The notes below the pieces were generated by a model. It made no database searches. It was not told where the DNA came from and saw only the letters and a program-made list of their open reading frames with translations. This document shows positions 10,153 to 18,772 of a DNA stretch of 24,009 nt, piece by piece. The stretch is from a virus. Taxonomy: Duplodnaviria; Caudoviricetes. The stretch lies in the IMG/VR virus record IMGVR_UViG_3300032320_001596, positions 1 to 24,009 of that record; one strand, 5' to 3'. Made by a program: the position numbers and the translations under genes. Each line of letters starts with the position of its first letter. Position 1 is the first letter of the stretch.

Positions 10153-10398
10153 TTATTCTAATTGCTTTTGCTGTAAAATACACTTGAACAATTCACTGTT
10201 TGAATTCATTTGCCCTGTTGCTTTGAGAAAATCACATTCAACTTTTGCTGAATTTACCAAAACAGCACCAATTGAAGCGATTTGTTTTGCTGTGATGCTT
10301 TCATTGTAACGCTGTTCTGGAGTTAATGATTCATCATTCAATCTTTCCAATGCTACAAACATGTGATCTCTTAAATCACTCATTTTGTTTTTTGCCAT
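10153..10398 (-). CDS. Conserved phage hypothetical protein (81 aa; start MAKNKMSDLRDH)
   Basis: KMSDLRDHMFVALERLND...AKQIASIGAVLVNSAKVE pattern recalled as a partner of HNH-like genes; downstream start reduces overlap with the HNH ORF. Confidence 0.65.
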   Translation of the reverse strand: MAKNKMSDLRDHMFVALERLNDESLTPEQRYNESITAKQIASIGAVLVNSAKVECDFLKATGQMNSNSELFKCILQQKQLE

Positions 10399-10960
10399 AA
10401 TCTTTAATTTTTTTATTGATTTTGTTAATAATGCTTTGAACTTCGCGAATTTCATCAGGATAGCTCAAATTTTTCTGTTTGTTTTTGATAGCCAATTCAC
10501 TATCAGTTAATAATTCCAAATTTTCAATCACACAATTTAATGAATTTCCATCTTTATAACACACATTCATTCCTGGTGCAATTGTGCCATGATTTGTGAT
10601 CCATAAATAACGATTTAAGAAAACAAATTCATTTTCAATTTTTATAACTTTGAAGCTTCGATTATTATTTGACCAAATCTTGATGGTTCCTTGACCAGTT
10701 ACACCAGTTTTCAACCATCTTTTTTCATTACAAATTCGAAACATTCCAAGTGATGTATTTCTGATGTTGATTTGCTTTTTTTCAAAATCTGTTCTTTTTA
10801 GGAACAAATATCTTCGCTTTTTCTCAATGTGTTTTTTGCTCCAGCCTTTTTTCTTGTGGTATTTTTCATTGAAATAAATAGCAATTTCAGTATCACCTTT
10901 TGATTTGTAATTTTCGCGCAAATACTGAATTTGTTCTTCATTCCAATATTCCATTTCCAT
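10376..10960 (-). CDS. HNH endonuclease-family protein (HNH_3-like), start uncertain (10984/10960/10954)
   Basis: NRYLWITNHGTIAPGMNVCYKDGNSLNCVIENLELL motif; N-terminal WNEEQIQYLRENY...EIA helix-turn-helix-like segment. Confidence 0.75.
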   Translation of the reverse strand: MEMEYWNEEQIQYLRENYKSKGDTEIAIYFNEKYHKKKGWSKKHIEKKRRYLFLKRTDFEKKQINIRNTSLGMFRICNEKRWLKTGVTGQGTIKIWSNNNRSFKVIKIENEFVFLNRYLWITNHGTIAPGMNVCYKDGNSLNCVIENLELLTDSELAIKNKQKNLSYPDEIREVQSIINKINKKIKDYGKKQNE

Positions 10961-11025
10961 TCGCTTTAAACCAAGCTGAAACAATTCATTTCATTCTTTT
11001 ATCAATAACATTTTTGCCAATTAAA

Positions 11026-11343
11026 TCAATGCAAAAATCTTTCATCGCCATCATTTAATTCGTAAATAATTTTGAAATCTAAAGCACAAGCCAGTTCTTT
11101 TTCAATGCGTGCGCCTTTGCTTTCTTTCCAGCCATCAAGCAAATAGATGCCTTTGCAATACATCATTGCTTTTATATCTTCTCTCATAAAGGCATTCCAA
11201 GTTTTACTGTGTTCGTGCGGCAAATCCATTGGTGAAATTGGTTGATAGCCTTTATTTAATTCAAGCAATGTTTGTTTTGCTTTTTCAAATTGCGCTTTGG
11301 CATTTGGGTTGTTGGTGATAGCACCTGAAATGTATATTTTCAT
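11026..11343 (-). CDS. DUF4406 family protein (nucleoside deoxyribosyltransferase-like fold)
   Basis: KIYISGAIT...W..FMREDIKAMMYCKGIYLLDGWKESKGARIE..LA signature. Confidence 0.88.
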   Translation of the reverse strand: MKIYISGAITNNPNAKAQFEKAKQTLLELNKGYQPISPMDLPHEHSKTWNAFMREDIKAMMYCKGIYLLDGWKESKGARIEKELACALDFKIIYELNDGDERFLH

Positions 11344-11367
11344 GTTTTTTTTATTAAGAGTTAAAAT

Positions 11368-11511
11368 TTAATTGCAATCTGTTTCTTGATTTTTTGTTCT
11401 TTCTACTCGAAAAGGCAAAAACTTGTTATCATAAGCTATTTGCATTTTCTTTTTTCTGAATGGATTTTCAAACTTCAAAAATCCATAACCTTGGATAAAT
11501 ATTTTTTTCAT
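11368..11511 (-). CDS. Small hypothetical protein (47 aa, absent from ORF track)
   Basis: MKKIFIQGYGFLKFENPFRKKKMQIAYDNKFLPFRVERTKNQETDCN; TAATG coupling to upstream stop; fills an operon gap. Confidence 0.5.
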   Translation of the reverse strand: MKKIFIQGYGFLKFENPFRKKKMQIAYDNKFLPFRVERTKNQETDCN

Positions 11512-11756
11512 TATAATTTTGATTTTATGTACATGATTCCATTTTCTATGCGAATGATTGGCTTTGGTTTATCAGCTTTGAATTCTGGAAGTGTATTTCT
11601 TACCAATTCAAAACTTCCTTTGTGTTCTTTTTCAATATTAATTTCGAAAGATTCAAAGCCAAACATCAAACAACTTAAAACTTCTTCAAAAATTACTGGT
11701 AATTCACTTTTTTGAAAATTATCAAATGAAATAATCAATGTTGTCGGTTGTTCCAT
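11511..11756 (-). CDS. Hypothetical phage protein (81 aa)
   Basis: Tightly packed co-oriented ORF. Confidence 0.6.
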   Translation of the reverse strand: MEQPTTLIISFDNFQKSELPVIFEEVLSCLMFGFESFEINIEKEHKGSFELVRNTLPEFKADKPKPIIRIENGIMYIKSKL

Positions 11757-11757
11757 T

Positions 11758-12189
11758 TTAATCTTCTAAACTTTCGAAAGTTGCCAAATATTCTTCAACT
11801 GCTGTAATGCTTTCAATGTTTTTCTTTTCAGCAACATCAACCAACAATTTTGCCTGTTTTTTAAATGCTGTGAAATTTTCAGAAGTCAAATATTTTAATT
11901 CTTTGATTAAATCTTCATTTGTTATTGAAATAGCTGGTGCTTTGCCGTTGTACACTTCAATGATTTCAATGATGGACATTCGTAGTTCTGATTCGTTTTT
12001 CAATGCAATATTAAATACAGCATCTTTTGATCGATTGTTTTCCAGCAATCTTGAATTTTTAAGTTTTAAAGCTTCAATTTCAGATTTCAATTTTTCAACT
12101 TGTGAAAACTGATTTCTTTCACCTTTGATTCTTGCTTTGTTCAATAGATCATCCAGTGCATATTGACTAATAATTCTGATTCCTAACAT
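11758..12189 (-). CDS. Hypothetical phage protein with coiled-coil segment (143 aa)
   Basis: Co-oriented ORF with A-rich start context. Confidence 0.65.
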   Translation of the reverse strand: MLGIRIISQYALDDLLNKARIKGERNQFSQVEKLKSEIEALKLKNSRLLENNRSKDAVFNIALKNESELRMSIIEIIEVYNGKAPAISITNEDLIKELKYLTSENFTAFKKQAKLLVDVAEKKNIESITAVEEYLATFESLED

Positions 12190-12204
12190 GTTTTTTTTTG
12201 TTTT

Positions 12205-12360
12205 TTAAGATTTGTATTCGTATTCATTTAATTCTTTAATTGCTTTCAAAATTTCCACTTTCTTATGCAATGAAATTTGAACTGTAATCTGTTTTTTATT
12301 CTTGATAATCCATTTGCGCCCAGAATTGGCACGCGCTCCACCTCTTGTTTCAGTTTTCAT
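12205..12360 (-). CDS. Small putative DNA-binding protein (51 aa, absent from ORF track)
   Basis: MKTETRGGARANSGRKWIIKNKKQITVQISLHKKVEILKAIKELNEYEYKS; RGGxRxxxGRK motif followed by a beta-strand/helix-like pattern. Confidence 0.65.
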   Translation of the reverse strand: MKTETRGGARANSGRKWIIKNKKQITVQISLHKKVEILKAIKELNEYEYKS

Positions 12361-12604
12361 TTACATTGGTATATAATTCAATTAACAAATCAACAGCTTC
12401 TTGATTGGAATAACGTGTTTCTTTTTTACCATCACAATCAATGATATAGATTTTCTTTTCAACATCTTCAGTAAGTTGAATTCTTCTGAAATTACGAGAA
12501 AGCATAGCATTTTTTACTGAATCATCAGCAACCTGAAAAACTTCTGCTTTAAGCTTCAAATTTGCCATTTCAGCAATTACTTGTAAATTGTTTAATTTAT
12601 TCAT
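12350..12604 (-). CDS. Hypothetical phage protein (84 aa)
   Basis: Co-oriented ORF overlapping the next start. Confidence 0.6.
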   Translation of the reverse strand: MNKLNNLQVIAEMANLKLKAEVFQVADDSVKNAMLSRNFRRIQLTEDVEKKIYIIDCDGKKETRYSNQEAVDLLIELYTNVNEN

Positions 12605-12707
12605 AGTTTATAGTTTACAAAATTTTAAAAAAACCTTTCCAATTGTATATATCAATGAAATTCTTATGTTTTTTTTTGATTGGGAAGGTTGGGTTATCAA
12701 ATCCTAA

Positions 12708-12953
12708 TTAATAATTTGAATTTTTACGAATGATTTCATTGCATAAATCTTCATAACCTTCTTTCATTCTGTTTCTGCCATCCTTTTTTTCACGAATTTC
12801 AGACTTGAATCCATCTATTGCCATTGTGTTTGTTGTGATTGCAGAAATTGTTTTGCCTCTATAATCACATTCAATGCGAAAATGACCACGACCAGTTGAA
12901 ATGATTGACAAATTTCTTTGATTTGATTCTGCTTGTTTAATGGTTGCTTTCAT
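12708..12953 (-). CDS. Hypothetical phage early protein (81 aa)
   Basis: ORF downstream of TACCTTTG promoter with A-rich start. Confidence 0.65.
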   Translation of the reverse strand: MKATIKQAESNQRNLSIISTGRGHFRIECDYRGKTISAITTNTMAIDGFKSEIREKKDGRNRMKEGYEDLCNEIIRKNSNY

Positions 12954-12989
12954 AATTTTTTTTTAAATAAGTAAATTTTTTTGACTTAA

Positions 12990-13022
12990 CAAAGGTAGTA
13001 TTCTTTTTGAAAAAAACAATAC
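12990..13022 (-). promoter_or_regulatory. Bacteroidota-type promoter (TACCTTTG) with adjacent imperfect palindrome
   Basis: CAAAGGTA at 12990-12997; GTATTCTTTTT...AAAAACAATAC at 12998-13022. Confidence 0.55.
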
Positions 13023-13057
13023 TTTTTTCAAAATAATTCAAAAAAATTCAAAAAAAA

Positions 13058-16000
13058 TCAGAAAGGATCATCATCTTCCTTATTGGCATTAAGAATTGCT
13101 GGTGTGTAATTCATTTCTTGTGCTGGTGAAAATGCTCCAGTTACCACATCTTTCAAACTTAAATTCAATTTATCAAAGTCAAAAGCATAAGCAGAAGTTT
13201 TACCATTATCAAATTCAACTGTTTTCACGTTGCCAATGAAAGATTTCTTATCTGATTTCATGTAAGATTTCAAAGATGTTTCTGCATGGCCATTTTCGCC
13301 TGTTTGCTTTCTGTGGTGTTCTGAATATTTAGGGAAAACACGCTGGAACCTTACAAACAAAACATTTTTATTCTGTGGAAATTCAATCACAACATCTTTA
13401 TCATCTTTTCCGCGCACTTTTAAGCTGGAAACACAAGCCACTTTGTAATCTTCATTGTTTTTAAGAATTCCATCAAAAGAAAGGAATTCAAGCATTTTCC
13501 AGAAGCTGTTTAAGATATTCGTATCTGAAGCAATAGAAGATTGATTGATAATCCATTCTTTGCAAATTTCAAACACTTCTTCATAATCCATTGGAATATC
13601 AATTTTGGAACCCATAATTTTTAAAACAGTTACCAAAATCGAAAGTGATTGCAAAGTTCTTCCTTCATAGCTTATGGCAGCCAATTCAATCTTCATTCTT
13701 CTACTTACATCATCAAATTCTGTTTGCCACTGATCTTCAAAATAATCGCGCCAAGAAACAACTTCCAAGATTAAATTTGATAAGCCTTTTTTTTGCCAAG
13801 AATTCAAAATGTTGTATTGGTCCACTTCTGCTTGTGTGAATTCTTCTTGCTTCTTTGTGAACTCCAAAAGAACTGTTCTTAATAAAAGTGAATTTTCATC
13901 CCTTGTTGGATAATGTTGGCCAGATATTCCAGCTCCTGAATTGATTAAAACTTGCTTGGTTCTGTTATCATTTGACATGATTGCCTTTTCTGCTCCAACT
14001 CCATCAAATAATGATTTCAAAGCTTGGAATCTTTTATCATCCAAATCATTGGTGTATTCATCCAGCCACACAAAAGAATTTCGCACCCTTGAAATTCTTC
14101 TCTGAAAACCATTAACAGTTCCTGAATTAAGATTGAATTCTGGTTGATTGAAGCAAAAAACCCTACTTAAAGAACGCGCACATGTTGATTTTCCTGTTTG
14201 TGGTTGACCAACAAAGAACAGCAAAGGGAAAACATTGGTTGATTGGTAAATAACATCACGAAAACAGCAGGCAATCATATACAGCGAAGTGATAATTCCA
14301 TTGTTGCCATACACTTTCTGAATTTGTTCACTCCAAAGCTTATAATTTACTTCTTCATTGAAATTATACTTTAAATAGCGATCAGCCACATAATCATCTT
14401 GATCATTCTTGAAAACAGTGTTGATTTTTGAAAACGCTGGCAAAAAGTATTTTTCACCATTTTTTTCTATCAATCCATAATCATCAATGCGCTTGAAATT
14501 TTTATCATACGCAATTCCATCCGCAAAAGCATAAAACTTATTATCTGGCTGCCATCCTAAAGTTGTTAAAGGTTGGCAATAAAGGAATTTAGACATGTAC
14601 TTGATATAAAAGTTCTGATGCTGAAAAGCAGAACCTTTAAACCAAAAGTTTCCATGATTTGCAACAGCTTCTCTAAATCCTTGCAAAGAAAGCCATTGCT
14701 TGTTTTTGATTTCAATAATCGTTTTTTTATGTGGATTTTGAATTTCAATAATTCTATCTGAATCATCCTTGGAACCAACTTGAAACACTGGTTTAATTAT
14801 AAAATTGGTAACGCGTTCAAAATCCTTGAAAGAATTGCCTTTTGGGAAATAATAACCGATTTTTTTCGGATCTGTTTCTGAATAAAAACCAAATTCGCTA
14901 AAATCTTGAATTTCATCTTTGGATAAATGGCGCGGCAACACAAAACCATCCACATCTTCTTGATTCTGTGCCGCTTTCTGTGTTAAGTTAAGCTTTACCT
15001 TTTCTTCAACTGTTTTGCGATCTAATTTGTATTCTTTTGCAAACAATTTTACATAAGAATTGCGCAATTGTGGATCTGTAATTACTGCAACAATTTCAGC
15101 AGTTTGAATTTCAGCATTTGTTTTTTCAATCGTTGTTTTTGCTTCTGAATAGATTTGTTTTACCAGGTATTCAACAGCATCCACTTTTCCTTCCAAAATT
15201 TCACTTTTCAAAGCTTTGTATTCGGAAGGTTGACGCGATTTCACCAAATCATCAGGATCCATTCCTTGTGTTTCAGGAATAAACAAGTAAACTTTCAATT
15301 CATTTTCCAAGCATGCAATTGTATCTTTTTTTATAGAAGCCAAGCCAGCTTTATCATTATCTACAAAAAGCATTACAGTATCACAATATTTGCGAATCAT
15401 TTGCATTTGGTCCACAGTAAATGCAGTTCCAAGGGGTGCAATAGTGTTTGAAAATCCGATTTCATGCAAAGATGTTACATCAAAGTTTCCTTCAACTTTA
15501 ACAGCAAAACCCATTTCACGCATTGAAAACTTTGCCAAATGAATTCCAAGCAAAGAATTTGATTTTGAATAAGCTTCAGTTTCTGCTGTGTTCAAAATTT
15601 TTGGAATTGTTTTTCCTGGTGCTGGTTCAATTATGTTTCTTCCTGAAAATCCAATTAGTTTTCCTGAATCAGTAAAAATTGGAAACATGATTCTTCCACG
15701 AAAGAAATCATAAACTTTTCCATTATCAGATTTCTTTGCTAATCCAGCTTTGATGATAATATCTTCAGAAAATCCTTGTGCTTTTAAATTTTTCTGAAGT
15801 GCATCAAATGAATCTGGAGCATAACCTAATGCAAATTTTTGATAAGTTTCAGGTTTTGCCCTCATTTTATCAACAGCAATTAAAGCCAAGTTTTCTTCTA
15901 AAGTAAAGAATTCAAGTGCTGCTTGATTGACTTCAGTTAAAGTTTTAATGCGTTCTGTTTTTTCCTGGTATTCTTTGGATCTTGGCGAATCATCAAATTC

Positions 16001-16285
16001 AACAGCAATTCCAAATGAAGATGCAATTTCTTTGATTGCTTCTGGATAGCTCATTGAGAATTTTTGCATCACAAAGGAAATTCCATTTGCGCCACCTTTT
16101 CCAGTGCTAAAACATTTCCAAAGATTCTTGGAAGGTGAAACATTAAATGATGCGCTTTTTTCTTCAGTAAATGGCGATTTTGCTTTGAAAGATGAACCTG
16201 ATTTTTTTAATTCAGGAACAAATTTGGAAATCACTTGAACTAAATCTAAATCATTGACTGCATCAATTGTGGTTCTACTTAACAT
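13058..16285 (-). CDS. dnaG: Phage DnaG-type DNA primase fused to C-terminal P-loop ATPase/helicase-like domain (1075 aa)
   Basis: CHC2-like N-terminus (SPFTEEKSASFNVSPSKNLWKCFSTGKGG), YDFFRGRIMFPI, Toprim (VEGNFDV, DNDKAG, DPDD), Walker A GQPQTGKST, Walker B VWLDEY. Confidence 0.9.
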   Translation of the reverse strand: MLSRTTIDAVNDLDLVQVISKFVPELKKSGSSFKAKSPFTEEKSASFNVSPSKNLWKCFSTGKGGANGISFVMQKFSMSYPEAIKEIASSFGIAVEFDDSPRSKEYQEKTERIKTLTEVNQAALEFFTLEENLALIAVDKMRAKPETYQKFALGYAPDSFDALQKNLKAQGFSEDIIIKAGLAKKSDNGKVYDFFRGRIMFPIFTDSGKLIGFSGRNIIEPAPGKTIPKILNTAETEAYSKSNSLLGIHLAKFSMREMGFAVKVEGNFDVTSLHEIGFSNTIAPLGTAFTVDQMQMIRKYCDTVMLFVDNDKAGLASIKKDTIACLENELKVYLFIPETQGMDPDDLVKSRQPSEYKALKSEILEGKVDAVEYLVKQIYSEAKTTIEKTNAEIQTAEIVAVITDPQLRNSYVKLFAKEYKLDRKTVEEKVKLNLTQKAAQNQEDVDGFVLPRHLSKDEIQDFSEFGFYSETDPKKIGYYFPKGNSFKDFERVTNFIIKPVFQVGSKDDSDRIIEIQNPHKKTIIEIKNKQWLSLQGFREAVANHGNFWFKGSAFQHQNFYIKYMSKFLYCQPLTTLGWQPDNKFYAFADGIAYDKNFKRIDDYGLIEKNGEKYFLPAFSKINTVFKNDQDDYVADRYLKYNFNEEVNYKLWSEQIQKVYGNNGIITSLYMIACCFRDVIYQSTNVFPLLFFVGQPQTGKSTCARSLSRVFCFNQPEFNLNSGTVNGFQRRISRVRNSFVWLDEYTNDLDDKRFQALKSLFDGVGAEKAIMSNDNRTKQVLINSGAGISGQHYPTRDENSLLLRTVLLEFTKKQEEFTQAEVDQYNILNSWQKKGLSNLILEVVSWRDYFEDQWQTEFDDVSRRMKIELAAISYEGRTLQSLSILVTVLKIMGSKIDIPMDYEEVFEICKEWIINQSSIASDTNILNSFWKMLEFLSFDGILKNNEDYKVACVSSLKVRGKDDKDVVIEFPQNKNVLFVRFQRVFPKYSEHHRKQTGENGHAETSLKSYMKSDKKSFIGNVKTVEFDNGKTSAYAFDFDKLNLSLKDVVTGAFSPAQEMNYTPAILNANKEDDDPF

Positions 16286-16541
16286 ATTCAGGAAGTTTTG
16301 AAAAGTGAATGATTTTGCGATTAAGAATGCGCGCCACAGTTAGCGAATGTTGAATTGCTGGCGAAGTTTCATTCGTGCAGTTAACAACAAGATTGCATTC
16401 TAATAATTGCGCCACATTCTCTTCCATATCTTCCTGATCGATTAAGACTATTGATTTAACATTTTCGCCTTGATAATTTGAAAGTTTGACAGCTTTCGAT
16501 TCATCACCAGTTAAGATGATGAATAAATTTAAGTTTTTCAT
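16275..16541 (-). CDS. Hypothetical protein (88 aa), possibly degenerate DUF4406-like
   Basis: Overlaps primase start; LLECNLV...S......VARILNRKII loosely resembles DUF4406 C-terminus. Confidence 0.6.
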   Translation of the reverse strand: MKNLNLFIILTGDESKAVKLSNYQGENVKSIVLIDQEDMEENVAQLLECNLVVNCTNETSPAIQHSLTVARILNRKIIHFSKLPEYVK

Positions 16542-16595
16542 GATTTTTATATTAGGGGTGGTAAAATTGACATTTTTAAGAAAACAATCAAATGA

Positions 16596-16835
16596 CTACT
16601 TTCTTTTTGCTAAAGTGTAAGCTTTTGATTGCCTTTCTTTTCTGTATTCTTCAGCAAGAAGCATTGCTTCAGCAATTGTTTCTGTGTTGGCATATTTAAC
16701 AGTTAAATGCCTTCTGATGCTATTTGGAATCAATCGTTTTCCTGTTTTTTCAAGAATGCGTTCTTGTAATTTTTCAGCATAACACCAGGGTAAAGAATTG
16801 CGCAAACGCATAAGAGTTTCTTCTGTGTAATCCAT
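16596..16835 (-). CDS. Small basic helical protein, possible Cro-like regulator (79 aa)
   Basis: Position early in the replication operon; basic, helical; function is inference. Confidence 0.55.
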   Translation of the reverse strand: MDYTEETLMRLRNSLPWCYAEKLQERILEKTGKRLIPNSIRRHLTVKYANTETIAEAMLLAEEYRKERQSKAYTLAKRK

Positions 16836-16839
16836 TTTT

Positions 16840-17004
16840 TTAATTATTAATTATTAAAGGTTCAATTTTTTCAGTTTCTTTTAAAAAATTTAGCTTTTCG
16901 CCTGTTAATTTCAAAACTTGAAGCATTTGTTCTGGTTCCAATCCAAATTCAATCATTTGATTGATCCATTTGTTAGCAAGTTTTTCTTCTTTAGATAGTT
17001 TCAT
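16840..17004 (-). CDS. Small hypothetical protein (54 aa, absent from ORF track)
   Basis: MKLSKEEKLANKWINQMIEFGLEPEQMLQVLKLTGEKLNFLKETEKIEPLIINN; first ORF after promoter at 17043. Confidence 0.6.
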   Translation of the reverse strand: MKLSKEEKLANKWINQMIEFGLEPEQMLQVLKLTGEKLNFLKETEKIEPLIINN

Positions 17005-17042
17005 TGGTTTTAATTTCATGGGTGCGAGAATTAATTTTTTGA

Positions 17043-17050
17043 CAAATATA
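17043..17050 (-). promoter_or_regulatory. Bacteroidota-type -7 element TATATTTG of the replication operon
   Basis: CAAATATA on + strand, between a terminator and the operon's first gene. Confidence 0.65.
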
Positions 17051-17060
17051 TATAATTAAT

Positions 17061-17087
17061 TGAATTAAATGAATTAAATGAATTAAA
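17061..17087. repeat. Tandem (TGAATTAAA)x3, putative operator
   Basis: Three perfect 9-mers; recurs at 23885-23913. Confidence 0.8.
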
Positions 17088-17097
17088 TTTTTGATAT

Positions 17098-17127
17098 AAA
17101 AAAAGGCCTACAAAATTGCAAGCCTTT
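17098..17127 (-). terminator. Intrinsic terminator after portal/lysis operon
   Basis: Minus strand AAAGGCTTGCAA-TT-TTGTAGGCCTTT (two G-U pairs) then U-tract. Confidence 0.7.
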
Positions 17128-17148
17128 AATCATTTGTGTTTTAGAAAA

Positions 17149-17322
17149 TTAAAGTTTTCCAAATAGCAATTTCCCGATTTTTTTAATCTTTTGGATGAAT
17201 GGAATTGGTTCAACTTTCACATTCAATTGGCGATCACCAACTTCATTTCTATTGAAATCCACATCAACATTTGGTGTGTCAATGTTTACTTTAAGCGGTT
17301 TTTTTGGGCGTTTCTCTTCCAT
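17149..17322 (-). CDS. Small hypothetical protein (57 aa; start MEEKRPKK)
   Basis: Downstream ATG with A-rich context; last gene before terminator. Confidence 0.55.
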   Translation of the reverse strand: MEEKRPKKPLKVNIDTPNVDVDFNRNEVGDRQLNVKVEPIPFIQKIKKIGKLLFGKL

Positions 17323-17542
17323 GATCTTTTGGTTTTGGTTTGTAAAAAATAAATAAGATTGTTGCAACAACAAATAACACAATTGGAATTGATTTTACTA
17401 TCAATTCAGGTGTTGATAATGACTTTGTGATTTCTTGAATCATAACTTTTTTCCCTTTTATCCATTGATAATGTGTCAAAGTATCTTGCGAAAAAGCAGA
17501 AAAGCAGAAAAGAAGCGCAATTATTAAAGTTAAATTTTTCAT
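17291..17542 (-). CDS. Small exported membrane protein (83 aa), lysis-associated candidate
   Basis: Signal peptide MKNLTLIIALLFCFSAFS|Q and C-terminal TM segment IPIVLFVVATILFIFY; coupled to holin-like gene. Confidence 0.6.
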   Translation of the reverse strand: MKNLTLIIALLFCFSAFSQDTLTHYQWIKGKKVMIQEITKSLSTPELIVKSIPIVLFVVATILFIFYKPKPKDHGRETPKKTA

Positions 17543-17853
17543 TTTTTAAAAAATATTGATTTGATTTTAGAGATTATAATATCATAAACATCATTTACAA
17601 ATGAATCCAATTTACTGGTTAATTCATTGGCAACCCAGCCAATTGAAAATGATGCCAAAACAAGAATTTTTGGTGATAAATCTTTAAAAAAAATATTCAA
17701 TAATGCAATGCCACCATACGCAACAATTCCACCCACTAACATTGAAAGAATTGTTGTTCTTCTTGGTAATTTCAACTTTAATGATTTAATCAATGCGCCA
17801 CCACTACCAACTCCAGTTGAAATAAGATCAAGCCAAAATTCAGAATTTTTCAT
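17539..17853 (-). CDS. Putative holin (104 aa)
   Basis: Two to three hydrophobic segments, basic C-terminus, small size, in a structural operon. Confidence 0.55.
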   Translation of the reverse strand: MKNSEFWLDLISTGVGSGGALIKSLKLKLPRRTTILSMLVGGIVAYGGIALLNIFFKDLSPKILVLASFSIGWVANELTSKLDSFVNDVYDIIISKIKSIFFKK

Positions 17854-18770
17854 GCAATAAAAGTTTTTGATGCCACCACTTCGGGAGCTGGCAATATATC
17901 GTTAATAATTAAATGATTTTGTGCCTTGGATAAATAGGAATTTCCCATTGATTCAAAGTTGGAAATTTGTTGGTGAATTTTATCAGCGTTTCCTGGTGCA
18001 TAAATTTGTTGATCTGTGTCTTTATCAGCTGAATATTCAACCAATCCTTGTGGTGTTAATTTCACAAGTGATTTTCTGAAAGCATTGGCAACTGTAAAAT
18101 TCACAAGTGCGTTCTTGGTAAATTTCAAAGCAATTTCTTTCGCTGGTTTATCAGCATCATCAGGAATGGTTCCAATGAATTCATCAACTATTTCATCAGT
18201 CAAAATTGCACGCAAATTAAAATCAATTGCTTCTTCTTGTTGTTGTGCCAATAATGGAAATAACAAATAAGGGCGCGCCATGTGTTGGCGAATATTAAAA
18301 TCTAATGTTGTTTTTATAATTAATGAATCGCGCAAAAGAAAAGCATTTTGAAATTCATAATCTTCAAATTCTGCTGCATCACTTTCAATGGTGCGAATCA
18401 ATTCAGAAATGTATATTTCACCACTTTCAATATAAGAAGCTTCAACCTTTTTTACTTGACCAGAATAAGCAGCTTTTGAATTTTCATTTTCTTCGCGTAA
18501 AATTCCCAAATCACCAATCACAACTTCGCCTGTTTGCGCCCATTGAAACATTGAAAAATAAACAACAGCACCTTCAATGAAAGATTTTGCTTTTACAATA
18601 GCTTCATTTGTGCTTGTTGATGCAAGAATCAATTCACAAAATTCAGTTGAAAAATACTTATTGATAAAATTAGCAAATGCAATTGGTTCATGTGCATTTA
18701 AGCGCGTAGCTGTAAAAGCATTGCTAACATTCACATATTTTTGAACTTGTGCAAGGTTTTGAATTATCAT
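17850..18770 (-). CDS. DUF6712-like phage protein, probable head-tail adaptor (306 aa)
   Basis: Follows portal-like gene; two-repeat helical pattern (AVVYFSM...IGDLGI...KAAY; LFPLL..Q.E...L..IL) recalled for this Bacteroidota family. Confidence 0.6.
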   Translation of the reverse strand: MIIQNLAQVQKYVNVSNAFTATRLNAHEPIAFANFINKYFSTEFCELILASTSTNEAIVKAKSFIEGAVVYFSMFQWAQTGEVVIGDLGILREENENSKAAYSGQVKKVEASYIESGEIYISELIRTIESDAAEFEDYEFQNAFLLRDSLIIKTTLDFNIRQHMARPYLLFPLLAQQQEEAIDFNLRAILTDEIVDEFIGTIPDDADKPAKEIALKFTKNALVNFTVANAFRKSLVKLTPQGLVEYSADKDTDQQIYAPGNADKIHQQISNFESMGNSYLSKAQNHLIINDILPAPEVVASKTFIA

Positions 18771-18772
18771 GG

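Noticed and set aside
13027-13057. TTCAAAA-type repeats at the primase end as replication iterons
   Set aside because: Low-complexity A-tract sequence with irregular spacing; insufficient support
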